A DNA stretch of 64,000 nucleotides, taken from contig CAWIMH010000024.1 in the NCBI GenBank assembly GCA_963837035.1, positions 26,385 to 90,384 of the forward strand, read 5' to 3'. Shown here one piece after another: positions 48,416 to 60,369 of this stretch. This stretch comes from an uncultured Pseudomonadota bacterium (GTDB lineage Bacteria > Desulfobacterota > Binatia > Binatales > Binataceae). Numbering within the stretch: the first letter of the stretch is position 1; every line of letters begins with the position of its first letter. The notes below the pieces were generated by a model. That model saw only the letters and a list, made by a program, of their open reading frames with translations, was not told the DNA's origin and ran no database searches. A program made the translations under genes and the position numbers.

Positions 48416-49200
48416 TCAACGGAGTTTTCTTCCGGCGCGCCGCTTGGCGGCCAGCGTCTCATGGCCACCGCCCGCCACCCAGCGAATCTGGCGGGCGATC
48501 CCGTCGAGGATATCCAGTTCGCGCGGCCGCAAGCCGCTACGTCCGAGGACCGCCCGCAAGGCGAACATAATGTGATCAGGGTTGTCCTCGGGCAAAAAGC
48601 CGATTGCGGTCAACGCTTGCGCCATTCGTTCGAGCATCGCGTCCACGGCCGTTGCCGGTGCAATTTGCGGATATGGATCTGCGGTGTCGGGCTGGGCCGG
48701 ACGCCATCATGAGTTCGTACGCGACCACCATCACCGCCTGCGCGAGGTTGAGCGACGCGTAGTCCGGCGCCGTGCGGAATGGTGATCAGGCGCTGGCAGA
48801 GCTTGAGTTCCTGGTTGGTGAGGCCGAAGTCCTCGGGACCAAAGACGACCGCGATGCGATTCGCGGCGCTCGCCGGCGACCAGGTCTCGCGCGCGACCTC
48901 GCGCAAGGATCGCGGCCTCGCCCGATAGGGGCCGCCCGCGCCGTGGTGCCGACCACCAGTCGTGCGATCGTCGAGCGCGGCAGGCGAGGTCCGGGAAAGC
49001 GCGTCGCCGCCGCGAGGACATCGTCTGCATGAACCGCCATCGCGGCGCGCTGCGCGTGGTACGTAGTTTTGCGGCGCGACCATGCGCAGGTCGCGCAAAG
49101 CCCATGTTCTTGAGCGCGCGCGCGGCCGCGCCGACATTGCCCGGACGACTGCGGGCGCAACCAGGACGAAAGCGAAATTCGAGCGTTCCGACGTATCCAT
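48416..49200 (-). CDS. SpoU/TrmH-family tRNA (cytidine/uridine-2'-O)-methyltransferase, TrmJ-like; frameshifted
   Basis: IAVVFGPEDFGLTNQELKLCQRLITIP is in ORF 48610-49200. The TrmJ-type C-terminal helix domain (LERMAQALTAIGFLPEDNPDHIMFALRAVLGRSGL) is in ORF 48416-48646. Confidence 0.6.
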
Positions 49201-49271
49201 CCCGCTATTTTGCCACGAAAGCGCCAGACTAGCGCGAGGCGCATCGCGCTAGTCGAGCAGGCCGCGGCGGC

Positions 49272-49951
49272 ATGCTTAAGCGAATTCTCGCGATGAAGAT
49301 AGTCTCGTTCGGCGACGTGCACATGGCGACGCGCAACCTCGCGCGGATGGACTCCGTGATGCGCGATACCGGATCTCGTAATCTGTCCGGGGATCTCACG
49401 AATTTCGGCGGGACGGCCGACGCGCGCAAGGTAATCGACGAAGTCCGCCACGCTTGCCCGCAGGTCCTCGCGGTGCCCGGCAATCTCGATCAGCCGGAAG
49501 TCTTTCCCTTTCTCGAAGAGCAAGAAATCGCCCTGCACGGCAAGGGTATAGTGCTTGACGGGATCGGGATTTTCGGCTGCGGCGGCTCGAATGTCACGCC
49601 GTTCGGTACGCCGAGCGAATTGACCGAGGACGAGATTTACGACGCTCTGCGGCAGCGGCTATCAGCAGGTCCGCGACCGGCGGCCGCTGCTGATGGTCTG
49701 CCATACGCCGCCCCATGAAACCCGGTGCGACCGGATTGTCGGCGGCAGGGCGGTTGGCAGCACGGCCGCGCGTCGCTTTATCGAGGAAGTTCAACCCGAC
49801 GTTTGCATCTCCGGACATATCCACGAGTCGGTGGGAATTGATACGCTCGGGCCGACCACGATTCTCAATGCGGGACCCTTCAAGGGCGGCGGCTATATCG
49901 TGGTGATCGGCGAGGGTGCGCGGCTCGAGGCGCGAGCTGGAGTTTCTTTGA
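49272..49951 (+). CDS. metallophosphoesterase (calcineurin-like); frameshifted near 49690 and 49930
   Basis: IVSFGDVH, AVPGNLD, CHTPP and CISGHIHES motifs are spread over ORFs 49272-49718 and 49693-50115. Confidence 0.6.
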
Positions 49952-50232
49952 CGTGCCGCGCTGTCCCGCGTAGCGCAGTCGCTCGGCGTATTGGGCGGCA
50001 AAATCAGGGGCGGATGGCCGCTGATTATCCGCCATGTTCCGAGCCTGCTTGCCCGCTTCCTGATTGGGCGGCTCAATTCGCGCTAGGGCGGTGTCCTGCA
50101 GGCTACTTCAAATAGAGGGAGAGCCGGGTTGCGCGAGAAGTCTCAGCAGAGCAGGCCGGCCTACCTGCCGCAGGAGCGGCGGCCTGCCCTGGTCAAGGCG
50201 AGGCTTAGAAAAGGAAGGAGTTTCGTTACCGA

Positions 50233-51131
50233 ATGGGATGGCCTGACGGCGTACGCATACGTTTCGACCATGTCTCGATCGCAGTCATTCGATCGACCGC
50301 GGCGTCGGATGGTTTCAGCGCTATTTCCCCACCATCCGCGCAGCCCCAAACAGGTCAGTGAGCAGGCGCAGCGGCGGTTTTCTCTGGCAGGACTTCTACC
50401 TCGGCGGCACGGCGGTGGAGTTTATCGAGGAATTGCCGGGCCATCGCGACTTCATCACGGCTTTTCTGCGGCGCCACGGCGAAGGCTTCCATCACCTGTC
50501 TTTGAGGTCGACCGCCTCGATCCGATCATCAGCGGCACTCAAGGCCGCGGCGTGCGCATCGTTGACGACTACGATCTGGCCGACGGGAGTCGCACCGCCT
50601 TCATCTCGCCACGCTCCGCTTTCGGCGCGCTGATTCAGTTCTGGCAGCCGGTCGATTACGATCAGCCGGCTCCGCGGCCCGGCCCCGGACGGCCTGTGCC
50701 GCTTCGACCACGTCGCGATCGCGGTGCGCGACATCAGGCCGGCGATGGATTTCTTTCAGCAGTACTTTGGCGCGACAGATCGTCAACGAACCGATCCTGA
50801 GCTCGTCCCAGGGTAATTTCATGCTGGCGCATATCGAGCTTGCCGGTTTCAAGCTGGAGTTCCTGCAGAGTCCCGGACCGGACACGCCGGACGATTTCGT
50901 CGCGCCGGCTTTATCGAGCGCCGACGGCGAAGGGATGCATCATTTCACCCTCGACGTAAAGGATTTCGACGCCAGCCTCGACCAACTGACCCGCGATGGC
51001 ATGCGGATCGTCGGGCAAGGAGATCAACTGGCGTGGCGAGCGTCAGTTTTTCATCTCGCCGCACTCCGCTTTCGGCACACTGATCCAGGTCTGGGACGGT
51101 CTCGGCGGACCCGGCGCCGGGCAGCGAGTAA
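50233..51131 (+). CDS. tandem VOC (glyoxalase/bleomycin-resistance/dioxygenase fold) protein; several frameshifts; ends approximate
   Basis: Two FDHV(S/A)IAV starts, two G(F/M)HH(L/F) motifs and two (S/H)(PR)SAFG(A/T)LIQ(F/V)W ends lie in different frames. Confidence 0.5.
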
Positions 51132-51136
51132 GGGTC

Positions 51137-51897
51137 GTGCTGAAGGTGGTATTCTTCGACGCGGCGGGAACGCTTTTCGAGCCGCGAGAGCCGGTCGGGC
51201 GTGAGCTATGCGCGGATCGCGCGAAAATACGGGGTCGACGCGAGCGCCGGGCGAGGTCAGCGCCGCCTTCCGGCGGGTCTTCGATCATGCACCCGGTCTC
51301 GCCTTCGGTCCCGGCCGCGGACGCGCGGAACTGCGGCGGCTCGAGCGCCAATGGTGGCGCGAGCTGGTCGCCGCAACCTTTGCCGGGACTCGGCAGTTCG
51401 ACGCATTTCGATGGCTATTTCGCCGAACTGTTCGCATTCTTCGCCGATCCAGCGAATTGGAGCGCCGATCCGCAGGCGCGTGCCGGCGCTTGCCGCAACT
51501 GCAGGACCGCGGGCTCGACGCTCGGGATGGTCTCGAACTTCGATTATCGCCTGTACGCGATATTCTGGAGGGGCTCGGACTGACCCGGCATTTCGATTCG
51601 ATCACGATTTCATCCGAGGCGGGATACGCCAAACCGTCGCCCGAAATCTTCCGGATGCCGCGCTTAAGCGACATCGGCGATTACGCCGGCCGAGGCGATG
51701 CATGTCGGCGATTCCGAGCATCTGGACCTGGCGGGCGCGCTGGCCGCCGGAATCGCGGCCGTGCTGCTCGATCCCGCAGGCCGCCGAGCCGCTGACGCGT
51801 CGGAAGGGCGCGCGCGCGCGCAGCTTCGCTCGCCGACGTGGTCGAAGCGGCCCGCAACACCGGTTCCCTTGACCCCGGCGTCGCGGGTTATCGTTAA
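51137..51897 (+). CDS. HAD-superfamily hydrolase; several frameshifts; ends approximate
   Basis: Motif I VVFFDAAGTLFEP, motif II MVSNFD, SSEAGYAKPSPEIF and motif IV HVGDSEHLDLAGALAAGIAAVLLD lie in different frames. Confidence 0.55.
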
Positions 51898-51968
51898 CCT
51901 TACGGCGCTTGTGGAGTCACTCGCGGGGACGGCGTTGGCTCCACTCGACAGGATACGATGAAGCGCAG

Positions 51969-54426
51969 ATGACTAGCATCGAGCGACCTTGGCCGCCGCG
52001 CCTGGACATTCTGCTCGTGGCCGGTGCTTTGTCGCACCGCGCGCATCGCCGCAGCGCGCAAAGCCTGAGCGAACTGAATCGCACGTCTCGAGCGAGCTCG
52101 AGCCGCGAGGTCGGCCGAGGGCGTCAGCAATCCGGCGACCGCGAGCGACGCGATCGACCGGCTCGACAAGGCCGAAGCGGATTTCGCGCAGATTGCCGAG
52201 AACGGGCACGCCGACCGGAGCGACCTGATCGCCACGTACGAGCCGGCTGGAAGCGATGCTCGACCGGATGTACACGACCTAGCAAAGGCAAAAGGACGCA
52301 CTGTATCGAGACAATCGATAACGGCGGCACCTGCGATTACGACCAGCCGGAAGCAACTGGCGCTGCGCGCGCTCTACCCGCTCTCGTGGCTGCGCTTCGA
52401 GGGCGCGGCACTCTACAGCGACCAGCCGGCGACGGCGCGCCGGCTGCTCAACCAGGCGATCGACGGCTTCACCGACAGCTCGCTGGTGATTTGTACGCCC
52501 GAGCTGGTGCGCGAAAACCTGCTCGGGCGGGCCTTCAGCGAGCGCGAACTGGGCAAGTACGACCATACCGAGTACGCCCACGCGATCGCCGACTTCAAGC
52601 GGATCATGCGACGACGGATCGACATCGCGGCAGTATCGCGCGGCGGAGCAGGGACTCGCGACGACCTACGCCGCGATGGGCAAGCTCAACGAGGCGCAGG
52701 GATTGACCTCGCGCCTCGCGAAAACGCGAGCGGGCGCGCAGAAACATGGGCTCGAGATGCTCCATCTGCGCGAGATGTTCGCGGCGGAAGCGGCCGCCCC
52801 TGATCCCGCGCAAGCGTGCCGATTTGCATCGCGAGATCATCGATTTCATCCGCGGCCGCGCGAGGACGACAAGGATAGCTGGGCGATTTCCGTGGTCGCC
52901 GCTGCGGCCATACGTACGCGATCCGATCGCCGAGTTCGGCGAGTCGACCGATCGCGTTCGAGAACTGGCTGCTGGCCAACGTGCTGTATTACAAGCATCG
53001 GCCGCTCGATGCCGGCCAAGTATTACTGGGCGGCGGCACGCAGCGGCAAATACCCCAAGGCCTACAAGTACGCCGCCGACCTTTACTATTCACAGGGACG
53101 GCTCGACATGGTCGAGAAGGTCGCCGACGAAATCGCGCGCCAGCCCGGAAATCCCGACGCGCAATGGGCCTCGTACATGCAATTCAAGATCCCGCGCCTT
53201 CAATGGGAGCGCAGCGGGATGAGGAGCGAGCAGCTCGAAACCGCGTGGGTGGCCGGCGCGCAGGACTATCTCAAGAACTTATCCGCACGGCCAATATGCC
53301 TATGAGCCGCGCTTCCGCCTGGGCGAATGCCTGCAACAGCAAGCGCGACTACCTCGCGGCAGCGAAACAGTACGAGCAGGTCGCGGGCAATCCGAGCTAC
53401 GACTTTACCGCCCGCTTCAACGCCGCCGAATGCTATTACGCGGCGCTTGGTGAGAAAGGCGGATTGCCTGGCACAAACGGTCAGCCGGCGTCCCAGGCCG
53501 GTCGTGCGCCCGCGTCGGAAGCGGATCGCAAGGACTCTGCGCACGCGGCGATCGCCGACGTTGCGGGAGACGATCAGGATCGCCCCGCAGCGTTGAAGGC
53601 GACCGCGTCGCTCTCCTGCGCAAGGCGATCCACGACAGCCATGGGCGCGCGATCTTCATGCTGGCGACACTGCTCGAAAGCGCAGCCGGCAGGTCGACTA
53701 TCGCGACGTCGCCTCGCTACTCGCGGGCTACGAAGCGGCCTATCCAACGATGAACTCCCACTTCAACCAGATCTATCAATGGCGTGTCGATGCGCTCGAC
53801 CGTACGCGGCAATATGCGGAGCTTGAGCGCGAGGTGCAGGGGCTGGCCGCCCACGACGCCGCCGATCCCGCGCAAAACGACTACATCAAGCAGGTGGGCT
53901 TCGATTTCTGGAAGAGCGCCCAGGCCAAGCTCGCGGCAGGCGATCGTCAGGCTACGTCGAGGACGCGCAAGGTGACCGCCGCGACCTATGAGTACTTCGC
54001 GCGCCAGGTAAAGGAGGGAAAGATTCGCGGCCAAGAATCTGACCGGTACGCTGTCGATCCTGGGCGAGGCCTACCTCGCGATGGACCAGACCGACCACGC
54101 CGCAGGCGGTGTTCAACCAGGTGTTGCGCGCAGATGCCGGTTCACCCGACGCCAACGCCGGCCTCGCGCGGATCGCCCAGACGCGCAAGGATTACAAGGA
54201 CGCGCTCGACCTCTGGGGCCGGGTCGAATCGGTCGCGGCCGAGTCGGACCCGCTATTTTACGAATCCAAATACAACATGGCGCAGATATTTGCGGACGAG
54301 GGCAATGTCAGAAGCGCATGCGGCAAGTTGACCGAGACGCGCAGCGAGCATCCGAATCTCGGCTCGCCCGCGATGAAGGCGCAATGGGGTGAACTGCAGC
54401 ATAAGCTCTGCCCGACTGAGGGATAA
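51969..54426 (+). CDS. large TPR-repeat protein, many frameshifts; start uncertain
   Basis: TPR-like pieces are scattered over ORFs 52486-52803, 52676-53305, 52981-53826, 53750-54331 and 54109-54426. Examples are YYWAAARSGKYPKAYKYAADLYYSQGRLD and FNQVLRADAGSPDANAGLARIAQTRKDYKDALDLW. Confidence 0.4.
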
Positions 54427-54428
54427 CG

Positions 54429-54838
54429 ATGCTTAAGGAAAATTCATCATGTGGGCGTGGTCGTTCCCAATCTCGAGCAGGCGATGGCGCTCTGGCGCGA
54501 CCTTCTGGGATTGCCGCTCACCAAGAGCCGCGACCATCCAGGATCAGGGCGTGCAGCGCGGCGTTGCTCTGGGCGGGCGAGAGCGAAATCGAACTGCTCG
54601 AACCGCTCAATCCGGACAATGGCGTAGGGAAGTTTCTCGCCCGCCGCGGCGGCGGCTTGCACCACCTGTGTTTCGAGACCGAGCGACGTCGCGCAGGGAA
54701 TTGGAGGACGCGCGCACCAAGGGGATTCAACTCATAGATCAGAAGCCGCGTCCCGGCCTGGCGGGCATGATCTGTTTTCTGCATCCGAAGGCGACGCGCG
54801 GAGTCCTGGTGGAATACGCCCAGCCATTCGCGGAATAA
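54429..54838 (+). CDS. mce: methylmalonyl-CoA epimerase (VOC family); at least 3 frameshifts
   Basis: IHHVGVVVPNLEQAMALWRDLLGL, SEIELLEPLNPDNGVGKFLARRGGGLHHLCFET and IQLIDQKPRPGLAGMICFLHPKATRGVLVEYAQ are read across three frames. Confidence 0.65.
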
Positions 54839-54882
54839 TATCCTGCGGAGACGCGGTTACGCTTGAGGGGGTAATCGAAAAA

Positions 54883-55113
54883 ATGCCGATCTACGAATAT
54901 CGATGCGAGGATTGCACGAGTTCCTTCGAGACGCTGGTGCGTCCGGGCCACGATGAGAAAGCGCAATGCCCGTCGTGTCACGGCGATCATCTCACGCGCC
55001 AGATGTCGGTTTTTGCCGCGCGCGGTGGCGATGGCGCTGTCGCGACGCCATTAGCCGGCAGCATGCCGCGCGGAGGCGGCGGATGCTGTGGCGGGTCGTG
55101 CGGATGCGGCTAG
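54883..55113 (+). CDS. FmdB-family zinc-ribbon protein
   Basis: MPIYEYRCEDC...CPSCHG (CxxC...CxxC) with a Gly/Cys-rich tail. Confidence 0.8.
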   Translation: MPIYEYRCEDCTSSFETLVRPGHDEKAQCPSCHGDHLTRQMSVFAARGGDGAVATPLAGSMPRGGGGCCGGSCGCG

Positions 55114-55176
55114 AGAGCGCTTAGGCCGTCAATCTCACGTCGTACCGTCTCTGGAAGTCTCCAGTAATCCGTAAGT

Positions 55177-56342
55177 TCACTTGTCCGGATGGCTCGCGAA
55201 GTCCGCTTTGGCGGAGGCCAACGCCTGCGGCTCCGCCAACAGATCATAGGCGGTCAGCGCCATCGCCTTGGCCACGCGGATCATCGCCGCATATCCTCGT
55301 TCCGAGTCGGTGTAACGGACGAAGGCGTCTTCGTGGCAATTGCCCTTGCCAGTGTCGGAAATCTGAAACAGCGGATGAATCGACGGCAGGGCGTGGCTGA
55401 TATCGCCCATGTCGGTGCTTCCGGTCGGCATCCCGGGCGGCGCCTCGGGCGCTGGTGCACCAGCGTGGCCGAATGGCGCGCATAGAGTTGCGCCATCGCA
55501 CGGTTGTTGATCATGTTCTTGTAGCCGCCGATCGTTAGGTGTTCCATTCGCACCCCGGTCGCGTCGGCCGCCGCCCGCGCGCACCGCAGGATCCTCTGCG
55601 CGATCTCGGCGGCGTACGCGCTGGTCGTGGCGCGGGCCAGAAATTCGCACTGGGTTAACTCCGGGACGATATTCACGGCCTGGCCGCCGTTGGTGATTAC
55701 ACCGTGCACCCGTGAGCTGTCGCGAAAGTGCAATCGCGCCGCGTCCACACTTTGGAACGTCTGGATGATCGCGGAGAGCGCGCTTGCTCCGTCCCATGGC
55801 GCAACTGCAGCATGTGCGGCGCGACCGTGAAACGTGATGCGTATATGCTCCGTCGCCAGTGCGGGAATGCTGCAGTATTCCGCATCGTAGGGATGCGCCA
55901 TGAGCGCCGCATCCACACCCTCGAACGCACCCTGGGTGAGCAGGGTAATCTTGCCGCCACCGCCTTCCTCGGCCGGCGTCCCGAGCAGCACGATTCGCCC
56001 GGGCAGCGTCTGGCGGATCGCGACGAGGCCGGCGGCGGCCGCGACGGCGGCGCCACTGATCAGATTGTGCCCGCACGAATGACCGTTGGGCAGCGCGTCG
56101 TATTCCGCGAGTATCGCGATGGTCGGTCCGCTGCGGCCAAATTCGGCGCGAAACGCGGTGGGCAGGCCGCAGGTGCCGGTCTGGACCTCGAGTCCAAAGC
56201 CGCGAATCGCCTGCGCCAGCAAATCGCAGGCAAAATGCTCCTCGAACTTGAGTTCAGGATGCTCGTGGATCGCATGGCTCAGGTGAACGATTTCATCCTT
56301 GCGTGCATCGATCGCCCGGCAAATCTGCTCGTGAGTTCCCAT
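55177..56342 (-). CDS. M20-family amidohydrolase/peptidase; C-terminal frameshift near 55500
   Basis: AIHEHPELKFEE and GHSCGHNL lie in ORF 55281-56342. The C-terminus TDMGDISHALPSIHP...AMIRVAKAMALTAYDLL lies in ORF 55177-56076. Confidence 0.75.
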
Positions 56343-56481
56343 GGACGTGTATACTGCGCCGAACCTCAGTCAAATCAAGCATACGCGCGCGACGATTGTG
56401 CGGGCCTACCTATCAGTGGAGGTGAACGCCGCCCCGATCCGAAGTCTGGTCCAATCTGACCGGACGGGCGCTTTCGCAGCC

Positions 56482-57447
56482 TCAATCCTTGGCGGCCACC
56501 GGTTCGCGAGGCGCGGCCGCGGCAGGAGGTGGGATCTGCCGGCGGGCGAGTTCGGACGCATAGTTGCAGCCGATCCGGTCGGCATTGTTCTCGACCCATT
56601 CGCTGAAACGCGTGGTTCCCGCCGGCGTCGCGCGCGACACGAGCATATTCGCCATAAGGCCGAGCATTTCGTCGCGTGTCAGTAACCGGTCGCCGATGAA
56701 TCTGCCAATCAGCTTGGCCATGGGCAGTGCCAATACCGGCGCAAGGTGAATCACGCGGGCCGTGCTCCCGACCGTGCGCTTCAACAGGTCGATGAGCTCA
56801 TTGAAGGTGTAGACCTCCGGTCCGACCGCCTCAATCGTCTTGTTGTTCGGCTCGCGTGCCGCATCCACCGCGAGCTGGGCGAGGTCCTCAACGAAGATCG
56901 GCTGCAGTCGGTAGGTTCCGTCACCAGGGATGGCGAAAACCGGGAATTTGCGCAGCAGCCACGCAATGTTATTCAGCAGAATGTCATCATGCCCGAAGAT
57001 CACGGCCGGCCGGATAATCGCATAGGGCAACCCTGATCCCAGCAGGGTCTGCTCCACGACCCCTTTGTTACTGAAATAGGGCAGGGCGGAACTCGGCGAA
57101 GCGTTGGTGATGCTGATATGGACGAATTTACGCACGCCCGCCCGTCTCGCCGCGTCGATTAGCCGCCGGATATTCGAAACGGCCCGTTCGAAGGTCATCC
57201 CGCGGTACGGAAAGCGAATCCAATAAGTGTTGAAAATGGTGGTCGCGCCATCAAGGCTGCGCGCCAGCGCGGCGGGATCATCGAACGCGAACGGCGCGAC
57301 TTCAACTGCGTCGCCAAACGGGCTCGCTGCGGCCCCTCGCCCGGTTAAGGTCCGGACCTTTACACCGCCCCCGGTCAGCAGCAACTGCGCGATATAGCGG
57401 CCGGTATAGCTGAAGGCCCCGGTGACGACGTTCAATTCGTTAGGCAT
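56482..57447 (-). CDS. NAD(P)-binding SDR/NmrA-like (NDUFA9-like) oxidoreductase
   Basis: Intact 321 aa with N-terminal Rossmann VVTGAFSYTGRYIA. Confidence 0.7.
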   Translation of the reverse strand: MPNELNVVTGAFSYTGRYIAQLLLTGGGVKVRTLTGRGAAASPFGDAVEVAPFAFDDPAALARSLDGATTIFNTYWIRFPYRGMTFERAVSNIRRLIDAARRAGVRKFVHISITNASPSSALPYFSNKGVVEQTLLGSGLPYAIIRPAVIFGHDDILLNNIAWLLRKFPVFAIPGDGTYRLQPIFVEDLAQLAVDAAREPNNKTIEAVGPEVYTFNELIDLLKRTVGSTARVIHLAPVLALPMAKLIGRFIGDRLLTRDEMLGLMANMLVSRATPAGTTRFSEWVENNADRIGCNYASELARRQIPPPAAAAPREPVAAKD

Positions 57448-57781
57448 GGCGTTCCGTCAGGTGCCGCCTCATGGTTCAGGTCGACATTGCCGCTGCAACG
57501 GCTATCGTCGGAGAAAACTCGGGACAGCAGCCGCAAGGATCGAAGGTTTTCGAGCCGCTACCGTTATTCGGCGAGTGGAGAGTCTTCCAGAACGATTTAT
57601 CGATTTCTAGGGGCGCTGCTCAATTCAAGACCGATCGAAGCCAGCGGTCACGGCTTCGATAGAGTCGAATAGTGGCGAGAGCGATTTACGGGGCGAGCGA
57701 ACGCCCCGCTCCAGCTCTCGAGACTCGGTTAATTTTCGGCAGACTCAGGATTGCACGCGAAGCTCCGCGCTGGTCCGAGTC

Positions 57782-58516
57782 CTAGTTTTTGAGGTTATGA
57801 TCGAAGAGCTTGAGCGTGCGGTCCCACGCGTCCTTGGCATCCTTGGGGCTGTAGACGTCGGGCCGGGTATCGTTAAAAAAGCCGTGCGAGCATCCGGCGT
57901 AGACTTTGACTTCACCCGGTTTGTTGAATTTTCGCAGGGCCGAGGCGAGCCGATCGACGTCTTTGCGCTGAATCCAGCCGTCGTTCTCGCCGTAAGCGTA
58001 GAACATCGGGCAGCCAAGATTCTGCAGGCGATCGTCGGACGGAATCTCGCCATAGAACGGCGCCGCCGCCTTGATCTCGCGGGTGACGCAGGGGAGCAGC
58101 GTCGCATAGCTGCCGCCCATACAGAACCCGGTCACGCCGATGCGCGTCGCCTTGGCACCGCTTTGAGTCTTTATCCAGTTAATCGCGCTCAGCAGATCGT
58201 CAATGCCGTCGGCCTGCTTGAGGCCGTCCATCAAAGCGGCCGCGCTGTCCGGATCCTTTGCGACTTTGCCGCCCTGCCGCGAATAGAGATCCGGCGCCAC
58301 CGCGAAGTAGCCTTCCGCGGCAAACCGTCGGGTCACATCCTTGATGTGGTCATCGAGCCCCCACCATTCCTGAATGACAATCACGACGGGGCGAGGAGCC
58401 CCGCCGCCCCTAGGTTCGCAGACGTAGGCCCGCACCGCACCCGCCTTACCCGGAAAGCTTACTTCCTTGCCATTGGTTTCCTGGCTGGCCATAGCTTGCC
58501 ACTTCCTTTTACCCAA
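57782..58516 (-). CDS. dienelactone hydrolase family protein
   Basis: Intact 244 aa with IQEWWGL, nucleophile region GFCMGGSY and C-terminal HGF. Confidence 0.8.
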   Translation of the reverse strand: MGKRKWQAMASQETNGKEVSFPGKAGAVRAYVCEPRGGGAPRPVVIVIQEWWGLDDHIKDVTRRFAAEGYFAVAPDLYSRQGGKVAKDPDSAAALMDGLKQADGIDDLLSAINWIKTQSGAKATRIGVTGFCMGGSYATLLPCVTREIKAAAPFYGEIPSDDRLQNLGCPMFYAYGENDGWIQRKDVDRLASALRKFNKPGEVKVYAGCSHGFFNDTRPDVYSPKDAKDAWDRTLKLFDHNLKN

Positions 58517-58580
58517 GACCGGTTACAGAAGACCGGCGAGTCTCGTCCGGCAATCCCGACAATACGTGCTGGCCGGATGG

Positions 58581-59480
58581 TTATTCCGCCGCGGTCAGGG
58601 GAATAAACCCGACTGTGCCGTTGCGCAATTGAACCTGGAGCCAATCGCCGGCGATACCCGTAACGTGGACGAATTTCCCGCGATGAACTTGTCCGAGGAC
58701 GCCCGAACTGCCGTCGGCCGAGGCATAGAGCGGCGAATCGTGCGTCAACTTAAACTTTTTGTTAGTCGCCTTGACCTTCGGCCCGCCTGGAGGAGGTGCC
58801 GCACCGCCCGTAGAGGGCGTGGTCCCCGGAATTTCGTGCTCGGCCATGGCAGGCGCCGGCATCAGGGTAGGATCGAGTTCCCTGACCAGCGCGTACTCGG
58901 CCTGAGCGTCTGCCTGCCGCCCCCTCATCGTATTGAGCAGGTTGGCCAGCGCCAAATGAGCATGAGCGTTTTTCGGCTCGAGTCCGGTCGCCGTGCGGAA
59001 CTCCTCACTGGCCTCGTCAGTCGCGTCCTCCTTCTGGAGAATGCCGCCCAGGCCAAGGCGGTAGTCGATGCGGGTGGGATCGAGGACTACAGCGGCGCGA
59101 TATTGACCCTCTGCGGCACCTGCTTGTGATTGCGAAGCATACAGTTGGCCGAGGGCGAAATGCGCGGGAGCGTTTTTCGTGTCGACGTCGAGCACCTTCA
59201 TGAACTCGGCCTCGGCCGGCGCGGCCTTCTGCTCAAACAGGTAGAGATCGCCCAGGGCCACATGCGGACGCGGGTCCTGGGGGGCCAGCTTAATCGCCTG
59301 TTGGTAGGCGGTTTCGGCGTCCGCCAGCCGCGACGCCTGTCTCGCCTGGTCGCCCGCCTGGAGATAACTCTCGACCGACTTGTGCGAGCATCCTGCGACC
59401 AGCGCGACCATCGCAACCGTTGCGACAACGCGCGGCAGTAAAGCGCACGCCACCCGGTGATGGTCTATCTTTTTCTGCAT
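58581..59480 (-). CDS. TPR-repeat lipoprotein with C-terminal SH3-like domain
   Basis: Lipobox LVAGCS, four or five TPR units (AETAYQQAIKLAPQDPRPHVALGDLY...) and C-terminal LGQVHRGKFVHVTGIAGDWLQVQLRNG. Confidence 0.6.
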   Translation of the reverse strand: MQKKIDHHRVACALLPRVVATVAMVALVAGCSHKSVESYLQAGDQARQASRLADAETAYQQAIKLAPQDPRPHVALGDLYLFEQKAAPAEAEFMKVLDVDTKNAPAHFALGQLYASQSQAGAAEGQYRAAVVLDPTRIDYRLGLGGILQKEDATDEASEEFRTATGLEPKNAHAHLALANLLNTMRGRQADAQAEYALVRELDPTLMPAPAMAEHEIPGTTPSTGGAAPPPGGPKVKATNKKFKLTHDSPLYASADGSSGVLGQVHRGKFVHVTGIAGDWLQVQLRNGTVGFIPLTAAE

Positions 59481-59709
59481 AGCCTTGCCTCCCTTTCGAT
59501 GAAGACGAACGACGAGAACGTCTGGTTATTGAGGCCTTGAGGCAGAGCAGCAGCTCAGGCCGGAGGCTCTTATGTTTGGCCCCGCAGTCGAAGGTGTCAA
59601 GTATGGGCGCCGCAGCGTCTGACTCGGCATGGAGCAATCGAGGGTACCGACCAGGACTGCAAAAAAACCGAGTTTGGCGGGCAGCGCCATGTAGGTTATA
59701 AGAGCAGCC

Positions 59710-60360
59710 GTGCAGTCGATCTTGATAGCGGCGAAGCAACTTGCCTTTGCCAAGACACGGCTGGCGCCCGCGCTGCCGTCGGCCGTCGAGCGGAGCGCCT
59801 TGGCGGCGGCCATGTTTCGCGACGTCCTGGGAGCGGCGTTGAGCGCGCGTGCCACCGATTGCGTTGCGGTGGTTACGTCCGAGCCGGCTTTGCTCGACCT
59901 GGCGCGCAGCGCCGGGGCGATCGCGATTGATGAGGGGTTTCCGCGCGGACTCAATGTCGCGGTGCGGTTGGCGATCGGGGAATTGGTGCGCCGTGGCGCG
60001 ACTACCGTCTGCACGATGCTCTCGGACACCCCCGGGGTGACCGCACAGGATATCGATTCGACCTTTGCCGCCATGCCCTCGGGCGACGCCGGCGTCGCGC
60101 TGGTCCCCTCGCGCGACTTCTCGGGCACCAATATGATTGCGCGTAGGCCGCCGGAGGTAATCGCCACGCATTTTGGACGTTTCAGCCTCGTTCGTCATCT
60201 TGAGGACTGCCGCACCCGCGGAATCGCGTGCGAGGTTTTGCGCCTGCAACGTCCCGCACTCGATCTCGACGTCCCCGCGGATCTCTTCGAGTTCGCGCGG
60301 TGGCCCGGCACGACCCACACTCAGAGCCACCTCGCGCGTCTGGGACTGCTTCACGGCTGA
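59710..60360 (+). CDS. cofC: 2-phospho-L-lactate (or PEP) guanylyltransferase CofC/FbiD-like
   Basis: IAAKQLAFAKTRLAP, GLNVAV and MLSDTPGV fit the MobA-like NTP-transferase fold with the CofC pattern. Confidence 0.65.
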   Translation: MQSILIAAKQLAFAKTRLAPALPSAVERSALAAAMFRDVLGAALSARATDCVAVVTSEPALLDLARSAGAIAIDEGFPRGLNVAVRLAIGELVRRGATTVCTMLSDTPGVTAQDIDSTFAAMPSGDAGVALVPSRDFSGTNMIARRPPEVIATHFGRFSLVRHLEDCRTRGIACEVLRLQRPALDLDVPADLFEFARWPGTTHTQSHLARLGLLHG

Positions 60361-60369
60361 ACCAATCGA